Source of the DNA: Carcharhinus longimanus | Lineage: Eukaryota | Length of the DNA: 64,000 nucleotides | NCBI GenBank assembly: GCA_030264375.1 | Contig: JASCQW010000032.1 | Location: forward strand, 45,772,490-45,836,489 | Direction: 5' to 3' | Shown: piece after piece, positions 23,641 to 37,394 of the stretch | How the letters are laid out: each line of letters starts with the position of its first letter | Numbering within the stretch: position 1 is the first letter of the stretch | The notes under the pieces: model-generated | What the model was told of the DNA's origin: nothing | Seen by the model: only the letters and a program-made list of their open reading frames with translations | Databases searched by the model: none | Translations under genes and position numbers: made by a program

Positions 23641-26220
23641 GTATTAAACAAAAACAGAAAATGCTGTAAAGGCTCAACGTGTCTGGCAGCATCTACGGAG
23701 AGAGAAATAGTTAAAATTTCAAATCCATATGGCTCTTCAGTGCTGAAACGAATGCTGATAGATCGTATAGTTGGAAAGGTGGATGGCAAAGGTGGAGCAA
23801 ATGGTGGTCAGGGATAGTTGGGAGCTCGAGAGATTGACAATGATGTTGCAGTCACAAGACAAAGCGCATATTAATAACTTTATAGACTAAAGAAGGTGCT
23901 AATAATGATGTAAAAGTAAGGAAGCTGAAGGTGTTAGTAGAGTGCTGACCCTTGTTCTGCTGTGTAAAAAAAAAAAACAAATTACAGATGGCCTGGTGGG
24001 AAAGGGGTTGGGAAAAACAAATGAAAGCTCATGGTCTGAAGCTGTTGAACTCTGCAGTCAAGTGCCCAATCAAAACACTGCAACAGGCCAAAGACAGAAA
24101 TGAGGGCATGGGAGCAAGATGGTGAGTTAAAATGGCAAGAGACAGGTATGTCAGGGTCATGCTTGCAGACTGAGCAAATGTGTCCTGCGAAGTGGTCATC
24201 CAGTCTGCTTTTAGTCTCCTCAATAAAGAAGAGACCACATTGTGAGCAGATCAGTCTGCTTCCAACCTCCTTCCTAAAATCCACAAACAGGACTGTCCTG
24301 GTAGATCCACTGCTTCTTTCCTGCCCCACTGAATTCATTTCTTCCTACCTTGACTCCACCCTCTCTCCCCTTGTCCAGTATCATCCCACATACTTATGTG
24401 ATTCCTCTGATGTCCTATGTCATATCAATAGTTTCCAGTTTCCTGGCCCTAACCACCATATCTTCACGATGGACATCCAATCCCTCTACACCCCCCCATC
24501 CTCACCAGGATAGTCTTGAGGATCTCCATGTCAGGGACCTGATCAAGACCATTACTGAATATTCTCCTTTGTCTAACTGAACTTGTTTTGCACTCACCAA
24601 TTTCCCCTTTAACTTGTCTTACTGATTGAAAATTAAAGGGGTTATTATGGGTGCCCACATGGGCCCCAGTTACACCTGTGTTTTTGTGGGATGTGTGGAA
24701 CATTCCATGTTCCAGTCCTACTCAGGCCCTCTCTCACGAACCTTTTACTAATACATTGATAACTGTATCACTGCCACTTCATGCTCTCGACTGGACCTGC
24801 AAACATTTATCCATTTTCCTTCCAATTTCCACCCCCTCTCACCTTCACATTTCCGAAACTTCCCTTTCCTCTGTTTCCATTTCTAGTGTTAGACTGTCTA
24901 CCAATATTCATTTCAAGCCCACTGACTCCCACAGCTACTTTGACTACAGCTCCTCACATCATGCTTCCTGTAAGAACTCCACCCCATTCTCCCAGTATCT
25001 GTGCTTCAATTGCATTTGTTCCATCTATGCCACCGTACAAAATGGTACATACTCTTGCAACTTCTGACATATCTTCTGTTTTCCTGAATCAAGCTGCCGT
25101 AGCACACTACCCCTACCCCTCCCCCTCCTCCGCACCTGTGTTTGACAGGGCCCTCAAATGTGTCTGACCCATCTCTTGCCCCTCTGCCCTCACCCCTCCC
25201 TCCCAGAATCATGGTAGGATTCTCTTTGTCTTCACTTTACATTCCACCAGCCTCCATATTCAATGGATTATCCTCCGCCAATTCCAACATGATGCCACCA
25301 CCCAAACACATCTTTCTCTCCCCTCCCTGTCTGCATTCTGTAGGGACAGTTCCCTCCATGATACTCTGGTCACTCCACCCCAGCACATCCTCTTCCCACG
25401 CAACCGCAGAAGGTGTAATGTGCGTCCCATTACCTCCTCACAATTAAAGGCTTGAAACACACCTTTCAGGCGAAGCAGTGATTCACTTGCACTTCTTTCA
25501 ATTTTCTTCACTGCATTTGCTGCTCACAATGCAGTCTCCTCTGCATTGGGGAGACTAAACACAGGCTGAATGACCACTTCGTGGAACGCCTTCACTCAGT
25601 TCGCAAAAATGACCTCTATCTTCCTGTCACTTGCCATTTTAACCCACCATCTTGCTCCCAAGCCCACATTTTTGTTCTTGGCCTGCTGCAAAGTTCCAGT
25701 GAAGCCATCTCAACCTGGAGGAACAGCACTTCAACTCCTGATTTGGCACTTTACAGCCTTTTGGACTTAACACTAAGATGATCAACTTTAGACCATGAAC
25801 TTTGTCCTCCATTTTGATCTTTTTTTCCCCAACCCTATTCCTTACATGACTATCTGTAACTTAGTTTGCATTCACAGACTGCTGACCCTTGTTCTGCTAT
25901 TAACACATTCTGCCCCCTTTCATTCCATTATTAAGACCTTCTTTTGTCTTCACCACTAACATTAACACTCGGTTTGTCTTATGTCCATGACATCTTTGTC
26001 AATTTCTCCTGAACTCCCACCTATACCTGACCTATTCTGCTAGACCTTTTCTGTTCCCTTCTCCAATTATATAATCCCCCCTCTTCAGCTCTGAAGAAGT
26101 CATACGGACTTGAAACATTAACTCTCTCTCCACGATGCTGCCGGACCTACTGAATCTTTCCATCGTTTTCTATTTTGAGTTCAGATTTCCAGCATGTGTA
26201 GTATTTTGCTTTTATTATCT
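23641..26220 (+). mobile_element. Decayed Penelope-like retroelement (RT + GIY-YIG) with an inverted copy of its 3' end upstream
   Basis: On +: RT motifs IFTMDIQSLYT, GVIMGAHMGPSY, TNIHFKPTDSHSYFDY and GIY-YIG CSQCSLLCIGETKHRLNDHF. On - at 23641-24250: CSQCGLFFIEETKSRLDDHF plus the same terminus. Confidence 0.9.
26087..26123 (+). ncRNA. Degenerate minimal type-I hammerhead ribozyme motif in the Penelope terminus
   Basis: AGCT-CTGAAGA-AGTC(ATACG)GACT-T-GAAACATT-AACT gives a CUGANGA box, stem II and a GAAA box. The sibling at 33099-33123 keeps GAGTC(TAT)GACTC-GAAACGTTAACT. Confidence 0.6.
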
Positions 26221-27216
26221 GAGCATATTAATTTTGATAATGGTTGTCTATGATGCGAAAACCAAGATCACACTTACTCCAGTGACATGTTTCATTGTCA
26301 CCATATGTGATCACCATGAATGCTTGATTGATAAGGTTGGCTATTGCAATTGACCTCCAATAATAGACCAGCTGCTGATCGTGTCTTGGGCTGTGCCTGG
26401 AGTTAACTATCACATGGAGGCATAGTTGAAACCAGGACACAGCTTATGGGTTATACCAAGCACAACTCAGTATTGTGCCACTCTATAATTCCATACAACT
26501 GAACTCTATAGCATAGTACCACCTACCAGCTGATCAAATTACTATCTGCAGATTATATTTTATAACTGACCTTTCTCTATCTTTCAGATATTTCAGTATC
26601 TGCTGTTTGCAAACATTAGTTCAATTATGCTATTCATCAGCTCTTCACCAGTTCCATTGCTCACTAACTCAGTAATGTTTTATGACTGCAAGCATCCTAA
26701 TATGAATGACACAGTGGCATTATGCTGTTCTAACCGAACAGTGGGTAGATCATGCTTTCACTCATGTTGATTTGCTCTGGATTTCAAACATGTATCATCT
26801 GTACTGGAGAGACTATGCCAGCCTCATAAATCTAAGGAATGTTAGGCATAGGCATGTTCAGTAAATTTAGTATTCAGTGGGAGAAGTATTGTCCAGATAT
26901 AAAGTTGAGAAAATATACAATACATATTTTAAAACAGAAACAAGTTGTTTTTATTCAGTCAACTATTGTTCCAAGCAGAACAGGCAGTTTGAAATAATAA
27001 GTGCCACTGTATTATTATTTAGTAATTAATTCTTTATTAAAGTTGAAGTAAGAATTTAAAAATTATTCTGATATGAACAGGACATAAGTATAGGTGGTGC
27101 TGAATGAGGTTTACAAGTAACTTTTATGTTCAACATCAAAAGAAACTGTATCCCACTGCAAAATTAATAAGGGAGAGCTACACAGTTTCTTCAACTTGGA
27201 CAGCTAATTCCACAGC

Positions 27217-27545
27217 ATAGAGAATCATAGAAACCCTACAGTACAGAAGTAGGCCATTCAGCCAATCGAGTCTGCTCCAATCACAATCCCACCCAGGCCC
27301 TACCCCCATATTCCTACATATTTTACCCACTAATCCCTCAAATCAATGCAGCTCAGGACACTAAGGGGCAATCAACCTAACCCACACATCTTTGGATTGT
27401 GGGAGGAAACCGGCGCACCTGGAGAAAACCCACGCAGACACAAGGAGAACATGCAAACTCCACAAAGTGACCAAGCTGGGAATCAACCCAGGTCCCTGGA
27501 GCTGTGAAGCAGCAGTGCTAACCACTGTGCTACCGTGCTGCCCTA
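27217..27545 (-). mobile_element. HE1-like tRNA SINE, near full length, with CR1-like tail
   Basis: Reverse complement GGGCAGCACGGTAGCACAGTGGTTAGCACTGCTGCTTCACAGCTCCAGGGACCTGGGTTGATTCCC.. with A/B boxes and a CTATG tail. Confidence 0.9.
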
Positions 27546-28445
27546 ACCCATCGTATTTGTAGATTGGCATTCAGAGAATAAGGATTACCCTTCTTACCCT
27601 ATCTTTTGCTGCATTTGTTAAATATTTATTAAATCACTGCATTAATGCTACAATTGCTGCAGGATTTCAAACCCCTGATATAGTCAATGGAAATGTTGAC
27701 TTTGACTTTAGAATTGTACATGTCCTCCATTTATCATTGCATAAAGATACTGGATACCAGATAATAATGAATATGCGGGTAGTCCTGGTTACACACCTGA
27801 CTGAGCACAAGTATTGCACACTGCTCAATAGGAACAGTCATGTGCAATGCAAGACCAGCCCCCATGTGAGTGATTGAATTTCTAGGCCACTGTATTTTGT
27901 TGGTTTGATTAACTGTTGCTATAAGTTAAAATTGGAAATCATTTAGCTGTGCAGTTAGAAAATTGAATTTTTTTAAAATTAGTCTCAGTTCAATACATTG
28001 GTTAGAGGATCTGATGATATTGATGAAATTAAAGGTCTGAATATGCCAGGCTTAATGCTATGTCAGTACTAGTTTTCCTATTCAACTTTATGACACCAGC
28101 CACCATGGACTTCAACCCCCATTCCAATCCTGAATTAGTCTCAGATTTGTCTGTGATTCTGTGCTGATCCTGGATTACTTTCTGACTTGTGCACTTATAC
28201 TGAATAATCCTACAATTTTGGTGTTAACTATGGATTACTCTCTATCCTCTATGTTGACAGTAGATGATGCTTTTTCTCTGTGCCAATCCTATACTAATCT
28301 AACTTGCTTTGCTTTACTCTGACTCCCATGTTGATCCTGAACTACTCTCCAATCCCAATACTGACTTGATCTCTCTAGTCTTAACATTAATTCTGAATTT
28401 CTGCAATATTCTCACTGTCAGAAGCCTGCTTTTGTCCTCCATATG

Positions 28446-28722
28446 GCGGAGGCGATGGCACAGTGGCATTGTCACTGACCTAATAAACCAGAGACCCAGG
28501 GTAATGTTCTGGATTCAAATCCCACCACGGCAGAAGGTGAAATTTGAATTCAATAAAAATCTGGAATTAAACCATTGTCAATTGTCGTAAAAACTCAGAA
28601 GAAAATCTGCCATTCTTGCATGGTCTAGCCTACTAGTCATTCTAGATCCACTGCAATGTGTTTGATTCTTAAAATGTCCTCTGTCAAGCCACCCAGAACA
28701 ATTGGGAATGGGCAATAAAAAA
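28446..28722 (+). mobile_element. tRNA-derived SINE (second family)
   Basis: TGGCACAGTGG..GGATTCAAATCCCACCACGGCAGA..GGGCAATAAA; homologous to 39268-39662. Confidence 0.8.
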
Positions 28723-31700
28723 CAAATTCTGTAAATCATCCACAATACCTACAGTACTGCTTCCTGGGTATTGCTCCATTTTTATCAAGCATCACCTTCA
28801 TATTTAGGATCCCCTTACCATTTCCAGCCATCCAAACTACTTGGCTTCTAGTTCCCTGAATCCTACCTGTGCTTTTTCCCTGATGGTATAATAGACCACC
28901 CTGTTTTTATGTGGTTTAATTGCTGCTCTCAAGCTTTATAGCCATTATTGTGACTGTCATTTTACTGAGTGAATTGAAGCAGCAGCCATGGGAGAGAAAG
29001 GCATAGAGCTGGCGACTGAGTTGTTCCTTGTTTTGCCAGTGCTTGAGGCAATGAGGAAGTTCTTCATTCTGGAGAATTGTAAAAAAAAATGCCATCCTAC
29101 CAAACCAAGCAAGCATGGATTAAGCTTGCTGAGACTATTGACAGATGAAATGTAGTGAGGGGGAACTGGGTTGAGTACTGAAAAAGGTTCAATGATCTCG
29201 CTTTGGTAAAATGAGTGCAACACCAGACCCGCATCACAGCCGCTGGAATATTCAAACTCCAACAGATAGACCAACTGAGGAGTTGATGGTATTGAATATG
29301 GGTGGAATGTGTGCTCGGGCTGCTTACAGACTTCTCAGGCTCACAGCCCCAGAGCAGTTGAGGAATTGCCAGAATTGATACATGCAGTGACCTATGACAT
29401 TGACCACAGAGGCTTTGTCTATAGCTTTTGTAGGAAAATAGGGCACATTATGCCCATGAAAGAGTGTTGACAAGAGGAAAAGAGCCCCATTTGTGCATTG
29501 TGACCACCATAATGGAAGCAACAATGGAACTGCCCCCAGGAGCAAGTCAGGGAAGGCAAAATTGGCATCCCTAGTGGAGTGGGTGCAAATAGTTAAGTCA
29601 GTAAATGGAAGGGATGGTGAGCACTCTTCCCCTTCTGACAGACTCCGCTAAATTGGGAAGCCTCAGAACGGCAGAGGCTTCTGTTCTCTAAGACTAGTTC
29701 TCCATCTTCACCTGTTGTTATACTGAGGGTAGACTCAATTGCTTTCCTTCCCTTTGAACTCTGTTGCCCTCAACATGCCCAGAGATTTTCCTCTCTTGTA
29801 GACGATGGTACTCCTCATTTCCACCAGACTCAAAATCTGAGAGTCGTGCTGCCATTCCCAGCTGCTGCCTCTATTCCATTTAGCTGGACTCAATGTCTAG
29901 AAGCCTTATCTCCCCCCTCATAGTCCCACAATATCACAAGGATGACAACCCTCTGCAGTGCCTGACTGCATATAAAACATTCTCCCCACAATATGTGTAC
30001 ACCTAATGGCACTTGTGTACAATTTGCTGAGTTCCTCTCTCAGCCATTCTCCCTGTTATAGGCTCACCTAATTTCAGGGAGCAGCCATGATTGGGTCCCC
30101 ACTGTATTGCCACCTCCATACTCAGGATCTGCCCCGACGCAACTTGCAACTGTGTAGACAAATATCAAACTGGCCCTCTTTGAACTTTCAGTGAGCCCCT
30201 TATCTAACTTAACTGACTATTGCCAAATTCGCAAGCTTCTAGGACCATTCTTTCCCCATTCTCCTAAAAGTTGCCAGTGGCAGTAATGGCAAAGGGAAAC
30301 CAGCTATTTTCAGTACTTACCCAGTTCCGTTATTCCCCCAGTAGGATTTAAATATCCTTCCTCTCTTAGTATTGTTATTAGAGGCTAAAAATTACTTCCT
30401 CTCTGACCCCATTCCATATATGAGGATCATAGCAATAGCCTGTCTTGGGCTCACCTCCTGTGCAGTGTTTGTTATTGCTGTCACTCTTGTCTCAGCAACA
30501 GAGAAAAGGATTTGATGCAGAATCTAGCCAAAGTTTGAGTGGACTGATTGTGATGGTCAAAGATATTAAAGAAGTTTTCAAAAGATTTTATTCTTTTAAA
30601 TATGCTCCTTTCCCATTGGCAATTATTAATAGTTCTGTCATTGGTTGCTGCAGGAAAGTAGTCCTTTGTACATTTCAGTGGTCTCTTTGTTGAATCAGGT
30701 CCTGACTTAATGTAGACATATTTTGCTTTCGCACAGAATGATGTAGCCTGGCAGGGATTACAGTGGATAATATCATTGCCCAGTCCACTTTTTCCATGAC
30801 ATCTGCAAGGAAGCAGGCTGATCCTTGCTTCCAATGGAAATCTAATTGTATTCAAATAGGTGATATATTCATGCTATTCTATTCTTCATAAAGAAATTAG
30901 TAATTCATCTCACACAACAAATTCTAAAATATTAGGGAACATAGGGCAGCTATTGAACAGCCAGCAGGAACATCATGCCTCAAGTATGCTGTGGGGAAAC
31001 CAATCCCAGTTATTTCTCATCTTGGGTAATTTATAGAGTTCACATTCATTTGTATTTCAAAGACGGCTAGGTACTCCCCATAAAAATGAGACCTCAAAGC
31101 AATGCTATAGAGGCAATAACCTGACATTTCTCCATTTACCTAGAAAATGGCATTCCCCAAGTGCAACCTGAAAGAAAATTACCTCTTTTTATAGTTATTT
31201 TGTGAACTACATTCAGGTGATACACACTTAGCTGTCATCATCCCCATGAGGTAACACAGACAGCATTTAAGTCTCACAATATTGTTTGGATTGTTGTTGA
31301 AGAAATAGTATGTTGCAGGCTTAATATTTTCCTTATATGCAGCAAGATTGTTGTGTTGTAGTAACCCTTTTATTCACTAAGCACTTCTTGGCAGTTGAGG
31401 AGCTGTGATGCAGTGTCACCTGCTGGCCTGAAGGTTGCACTTTTTGTTAAGTTTCTTTTCCTACATATATAACATGTAGTTGTCATTTCAGAGCAGAAAC
31501 ATAATATGGCATTCTTGGTCAAGGTAAACATTTTAACTGATGCAGATCTTCTGCAGATATATTAAATTGTATCCTGTAATGCATGATCTGGTGCAGCCTT
31601 GTTGGAAACACATTAAAAAAAGAACCAGCACCTTGGTCTCATGCCCATTTGTCCGTGTTATTATCTGTTCTTGGTTGGCTGCAATGCTCCGGTGAAGCCT

Positions 31701-31859
31701 GGCACAAGCTGAAGGAGCAACATCCCATCTTCCGGAAGAGTAGGCATGTTACAGCCCTCAGGACTTGACATTGAGTTCAACAACTTTACGTTTTGACCTT
31801 TCTCCTCAATCTTAAACCCTCATTTCTTTCTTTTTAATATTCCAAACATATATTTATTG

Positions 31860-32480
31860 GTTGTGGTGTTGATAGTAAGGAGGATAGTTTTGGGCTACAG
31901 ACTGATATTGATCAGCTGATAAATTGGATAGTGCAATTACAGATGGAATTTAATCCTATTAAGTGTGAGGTGATGTATTTTGGAAGGTCTAATAGGGTAG
32001 AGTATACACAATGAACAATAGGTCCCTAGGAAATATTGAGGAACAAAGGGACCTTGGTGTACAAGTCCATACATCCCTGAATGTGGCAGCACAGGTAGAC
32101 AGTATGGTAAAGAAGGCATATGGAATATTTGCCTTCATTAAACAGGACATAGAATATAGGAGCAGGGAGGTCTTGGTACAACTTTATAAAATATTGGTAA
32201 GGGCATGGATGGAGTGTGCAGTTCTGGTCACCACGCTATTGGAAGGATGTAGTGCAGTGGAGGGGATGCAGAGGAGATTCATCAGGATGTTGCCTGGGAT
32301 GCATCAGCTGTGAGGAGAGACTGGTTGTTTCCCTTGGAGCAGAGGAGGCTGAGAGGGGATCTGATCAGAGGTGTACAAAATTCGAGAGGCATACATACAG
32401 TACATCTTAAGAATCTTTTCCCCAGGGCAGAGGTGTCTAAGACCAGATGGCAAAGGTCATAGGTTTAAAGTGAGGAGTCT
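31860..32480 (+). mobile_element. CR1 LINE ORF2 C-terminal fragment
   Basis: EEQRDLGVQVHTSLNVAAQVDSMVKKAYGIFAFIKQDIEYRSREVLVQLYKILVR. Confidence 0.92.
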
Positions 32481-32521
32481 ATGACTTGAAACGTAAACAC
32501 TGTTTCTCTCCTCATAGATAC

Positions 32522-34860
32522 AACAACAATGATGTTAGAAAGGAAATTCCAAGATTTTGACCCAACATCCGCAAAGGAGTATTGATTTTCTTTTTGCAAA
32601 TTAGGATGGTGTGTAGTTTGGTGTTTCCTTGTGTCTGCTGCCCTTGTCCTTCTAGGTGGTAGAGATTGCATGCTTAGAAAATGTTGTTAAAGGAAGCTTT
32701 GTAAGTTTTGCAGTGCATCTTGTAGATAGATAGCATACACTGCTGCCAGTCTGCCTTGGTGTTGGAGGGAGTGAATTTTTAAAGGTGGGGTCCTTTTCAA
32801 ATGGACTCCTTTGCCCTGGATGGTATTGAGGTTTGAGAGTGTTGTTAGGGCATGCAGACAAGTGGACAGCTTTCTACCACAGTCCTAGCTTGTGCCTTCT
32901 AGATGCTGGGCAGGCTTTGGTGAATCAGCAGCTGAGTTACTCATACAGAATTCCCAGGCTTCCTGACCCGCTCCTGTAGCCACAGTATTTATATGGCTGG
33001 CCCAGCTAAGTTTCTGGTTGGTCTTAGAACCCCTAGGGTGTCTAAGACCAGATGGCATATGTCATAGATTTAAAGCGAGGAGTAAGTGGCTTAGAGGGGA
33101 GTCTATGACTCGAAACGTTAACTCTGTTTCTCTCCTGATAGATACTGACAGACCTGTTGAGTTTTTCCAGCATCCTCTGTTCTTGTTTCGGATACCATAT
33201 ATTGCTTATTTTAGGCAAAGAATGTAATGTGAAAGAAGAGTTGCAATCGATCAGGTTTTGAGGTCACTTCCCCCTCACACTTTAGAGGTGAAAGAAAAGG
33301 TGTGCTATCAAGTTTAAATAGCAGTTAATTACAATTTTAACCTGTTAATATTGTGAAAGTAAGAAACCCTGTGAAATTGGATTTTTTTCATTCTGTGATG
33401 GGATGTGAACATCACTGGCAAGGCCAAAATTTGTTGGTTCTTCCATGTTGCCTTTGAGAAATGAGTGATGAGCCATCTTCTTGAACCTCTGCAGTTCATG
33501 TGGCATGGGTACTGTTAAAAGTATTCGTCATAAAAAGCTAGGAACTAATTGTTCAGTGAATATGTTTCACCACATTCATTATCACATTGCATGATTGGCC
33601 ACCATCCAACTCACAGTCATGTTCTTTTGTGCTAGGCATGACTCCAACCAGTGGGGAGTTTCCCCTGGTTCCCATAGACTTCAATTTTGCCATGTCTCCT
33701 CAATGCCACACTCAATGAGATGCTGCCTTGAAATCATGGGCAGTACTCTTACCTTATCTCTTGAATTCAGCTCTTTTCTCCCTTCTTTGGACCAAGGCCA
33801 TAATGAGGCTTGGAGCCGAGTCAACCTGGTAGATCCCAAACTGAGCATTAGTGACAGGATTTTACTGACAGAGTTCTTCCCAAAAATGTTGTCAATGACA
33901 CCTTCCATCAACTTGCTTTTGATTGACTGGTGGAGTGGCTGTTGTCTAGATTGGAATATGCTGGAATGTGTTGGAAAAGCTCAGCATGTCTGGCAGCATC
34001 TGTGGAGAGAGAAATAGAAAAAATGTTTGGAGTCTGATATATCTCCTCTTCGGAACAGACTGGATTTGTCCTTTTTATGAACAGGACGTACCTGGGTGAT
34101 TGTCAGATAGGTACTAATGCTTATCTGTATAGGAACAGCTTGGCCAGAAGTGTGGCTAGTTCTAGGCCAAATTCTTTAGTCCTGTGAAAAGGTTGCTGTT
34201 AGGGCTGATGGCTTCTGCCATTTATTGATATCATGTGGAGTCAATCAAATTGATGAAAGATGAAATGCTGAGGACCTCAGAAAGAAGCCAAGGTCGATCA
34301 TTCACTTGGTATTTCTAGTGAAAGTTGGTTGCGAATGCCTCAGTCTTGACTTTTTGCACTGCTATGCTGGGCTCTGCCTCACTGAGGATGGAAATGTATC
34401 TGGAGCCTTCTCCTTGGTTTGTTGTTAATTGTCCATTACCAGTTGAAAATGGCAGGACTGCAGAGGCTTGATCTAATCTGTCTATGCAAGCTGCTACTCC
34501 TGTTTTAGAATGCATTTTAGGTTGGTCTGGTATTGCTTTTGGCATACTGGGTTGATGCCCTGGCTTGATGGTAGAATGAGAGATGTGCTGAGCCAAGTGT
34601 TGCCCATGTGTTTGAATACAATTCTGCTGCTATTGATATCCAACCTGAATTTCGTGCTCCTGTCCTTGCAATGGAACCGAAGATTTGGGAGGAGTTTAGG
34701 ATACTAGTGAATATAACAACATCAGCTCGTTGCTTAACAACTCTCCCAATTTTAGCACAAGCCCCCCTCAGATGTTAGTTGATGAGGTCTTTGCATTGGT
34801 AGGATATGCCTTGGTTGTTTTAATTTGGGTCAATGTCTGTTGGTCTATCCTGATTTATTC
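32522..34860 (-). mobile_element. Fragmented CR1-like LINE (second family) with intervening Penelope-end pieces
   Basis: SLGSTRLTRLQASLWPWSKE..LNSRDKVRVLPMISRQHLIECGIEE (frameshifted RT start, homologous to 43690-43760), plus 3'-UTR pieces like 16900-17180. Confidence 0.65.
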
Positions 34861-35874
34861 TTATTCAACTTTTCTGTGGTGGTTTGATGATACTGAGTGG
34901 CTTGCTAGGCATTTCAGAGGGCAGTTAAGAGTCAACCACATTGCTGTGAGTCTGAAGTTAACATAGGCCTTCCTTAAACAGCATTACTTAATCAGATGTG
35001 TGTTTACCACAAACTAGTTTTTTCATGATTGCCATTACTGAAACAAAAATTAATTAATTGAATTTAAATTCCACAGTGGTGAGATTTAACACCTGTCTCT
35101 GGAATATTGAAATGCGTTTTACAGAGCACAGTTGACCAGCTGAGAAGTTGGTAATGAGCCATCCAACATACTGATTTGCAGTTAAGCAATTTTACACGGG
35201 GAGCAGCATTAATTATTTAAAGACGAGATTTCTTGATCCTATCTCGGGAGGATGTCCTGCCTTAGAAAGCTGCCGGCCAATCAGATGGCCAGCAGCTCTG
35301 TTGTTCCAGCATTGTCAGGCAGGTGCCATGGTTAACGCTGGGACTACAGACATCTCTAGTGAAAAGGCCCTGACTTAAGGTAAGTCGGGGGTGTCACCGG
35401 GGTCAGGCTGATAGGGCCCAGTAAAGGATGGGGAATTCAGGTTTGAGAGGCCAGATGGGGAAGGTAAAGGAGGAAGTATTACCTTGCTGGGGAGTGAAGA
35501 AGCTTCCAATGGGGAGACAACCCACAAAGGAGGTGCTCTCCTTTGCCTGACACCAGCCACTGGATCCTGCCTTCAGAACCACCAATGGGGCAGTGTAAAA
35601 TCCTGCCAATTATTCTTGGCCTCTGGATTACTAGTCTAAACAGTTTCACAATACTACTATTCCTAGGGAGTAATTTACTACAGCCTTGTTTTTATTCCAT
35701 AGGTGATGAATTTCTTAGCTTTCCTTTCAAGTCATCTGATGAACATATGCTTGTCTTGCAACCTGGCTGATATTACCGAGGTCCCCATGGCTGGCTGAAA
35801 CAAATGTGTTCCTATACAATTCGAGTCTTCTTGTAGTCATAGAAAGAACTTTGTGGATCTTTTATGCAGTAGAA

Positions 35875-36180
35875 GCAACTGTGAGGTTATCCACTTTGGC
35901 AGGAATAATAGTAGGAAGGACTACTACTTAAAGGGCGAAAAGCTGCAGCATGCTACGGTGCAGAGGGACCTGGGGGTCCTTGTGCATGAGTCGCAAAAAC
36001 CCAGNNNNNNNNNNNNNNNNNNNNNNNNNNNNNNNNNNNNNNNNNNNNNNNNNNNNNNNNNNNNNNNNNNNNNNNNNNNNNNNNNNNNNNNNNNNNNNNN
36101 NNNNCATGATCTTATTGAATGGTGGGGCAGGCTCGAAGGGCTAGATGGCCTACTCCTGCTCCTATTTCTTATGTTCTTAG
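35875..36180 (+). mobile_element. CR1 LINE fragment spanning an N gap
   Basis: CEVIHFGRNN..YYLKGEKLQHATVQRDLGVLVHESQK, with a CR1 3' UTR. Confidence 0.9.
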
Positions 36181-37394
36181 GCAGAGCTGCACTATTCTTC
36201 TGTGATGACTTTCTCTGCCTGTAGGATCCTTGAATGACTAATTCTGCTTATGAATTCTATGAATGGCTAATATCCATTGGAAAACACCCTCCTTCGTGCC
36301 ACCCAACCTTTCTGTGTTCCAGTCTGCGCTGCTCTCCCTACACTTCCAGCACAATGCCAGATGAAGGTATACTCCTGAGAAATACCATATCTGTTGCAAA
36401 GAACTGTTCATTGAAAATGAGAGTGGCATCAATGTCAAAAGCAGTGAAAACAAGTCTTGGTATGTTTGAGGAAGTTGGTATAAGGTTGTTACATAAAATA
36501 ATTCCCAGCAGCACAACATGTAACTGAAACTCCCCATAGTCTTCAAGCATATTGGCCTTATCCAAGCATATTAGCCTTATCCAAGCCTGTTAACAGCTTT
36601 GCTTGTAATTTTTAATTTGATGCAGTTCAAATATTTTGTTATTGTAAATGCAGGAAACTCAGAACTGCTGAGGCTTGGGCCGGTAATAATTTATTTAAAT
36701 TATCTAATTTTAGGCTCAATTATAAGATGACGAGTGTACAGCAATTTTGGATTTAATAATGAGATAAAAAGCTGATGGAACATAACAGAAAAGGAGTAGG
36801 CCAAACGATTCCTTCAGCTTGCTTCCCTTTTAATACGGCCATTGCTGAAGTCCTAGTGTTAGGGTCCCAGACCAGAACCCCAAGGTATAATGAGGTCAGA
36901 CTCCGAACAATTTTTCTATTTTAACATAAATGTGGGGATACAGTAGCACTGCTGCTTGTCAAGAGGGTTGTCAAGTTCTGAATGTCCTGGGTCAGTTAGA
37001 TGAGGGGGGAGAAAGTGGTGAAGGGGAAGGAGGGGGAGGATCAGCCAGGCATGAGTGGAAACATTGCTTGTTCCTGTGTGGTCACACTGAAGTTTAATTC
37101 TGTCTGCCAACAAACAAGGGTCCAATGCCACTCCCAATTAAATGCCTTTTTAAAAATCCATACACAGAAAATACACTACATTTCTTTTATCAATACATTA
37201 TCTAATTGCTCAAAAAACTCAATTAAACTTGTCAAATACAACTTGACTTTTACATATCCATTCTATCCTCAGAGAACAGGGGCCATCTCACTCTTAGAGA
37301 AAGGAGCTCCTGCAAGCTGTGTCAGTCAGCTGCAATGGTTCATCAGTCTTCAAATGCAACATGACTGAGGGATAAGGGAGGATTTGAGGGCAAC

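Noticed and set aside
27470-27545. tRNA gene
   Set aside because: The A/B boxes belong to the tRNA-derived head of a SINE that continues into a SINE body and tail.
28900-30550. Possible decayed retroelement gag region on the minus strand
   Set aside because: There are only vague motifs, so no family could be assigned.
36200-36565. Overlapping ORFs as an exon or retrocopy
   Set aside because: There is no recognisable protein similarity or convincing splice-site pair.
36545-36586. 19-bp tandem duplication CAAGCATATT(G/A)GCCTTATC
   Set aside because: It is an ordinary slippage-type duplication with no further structure.
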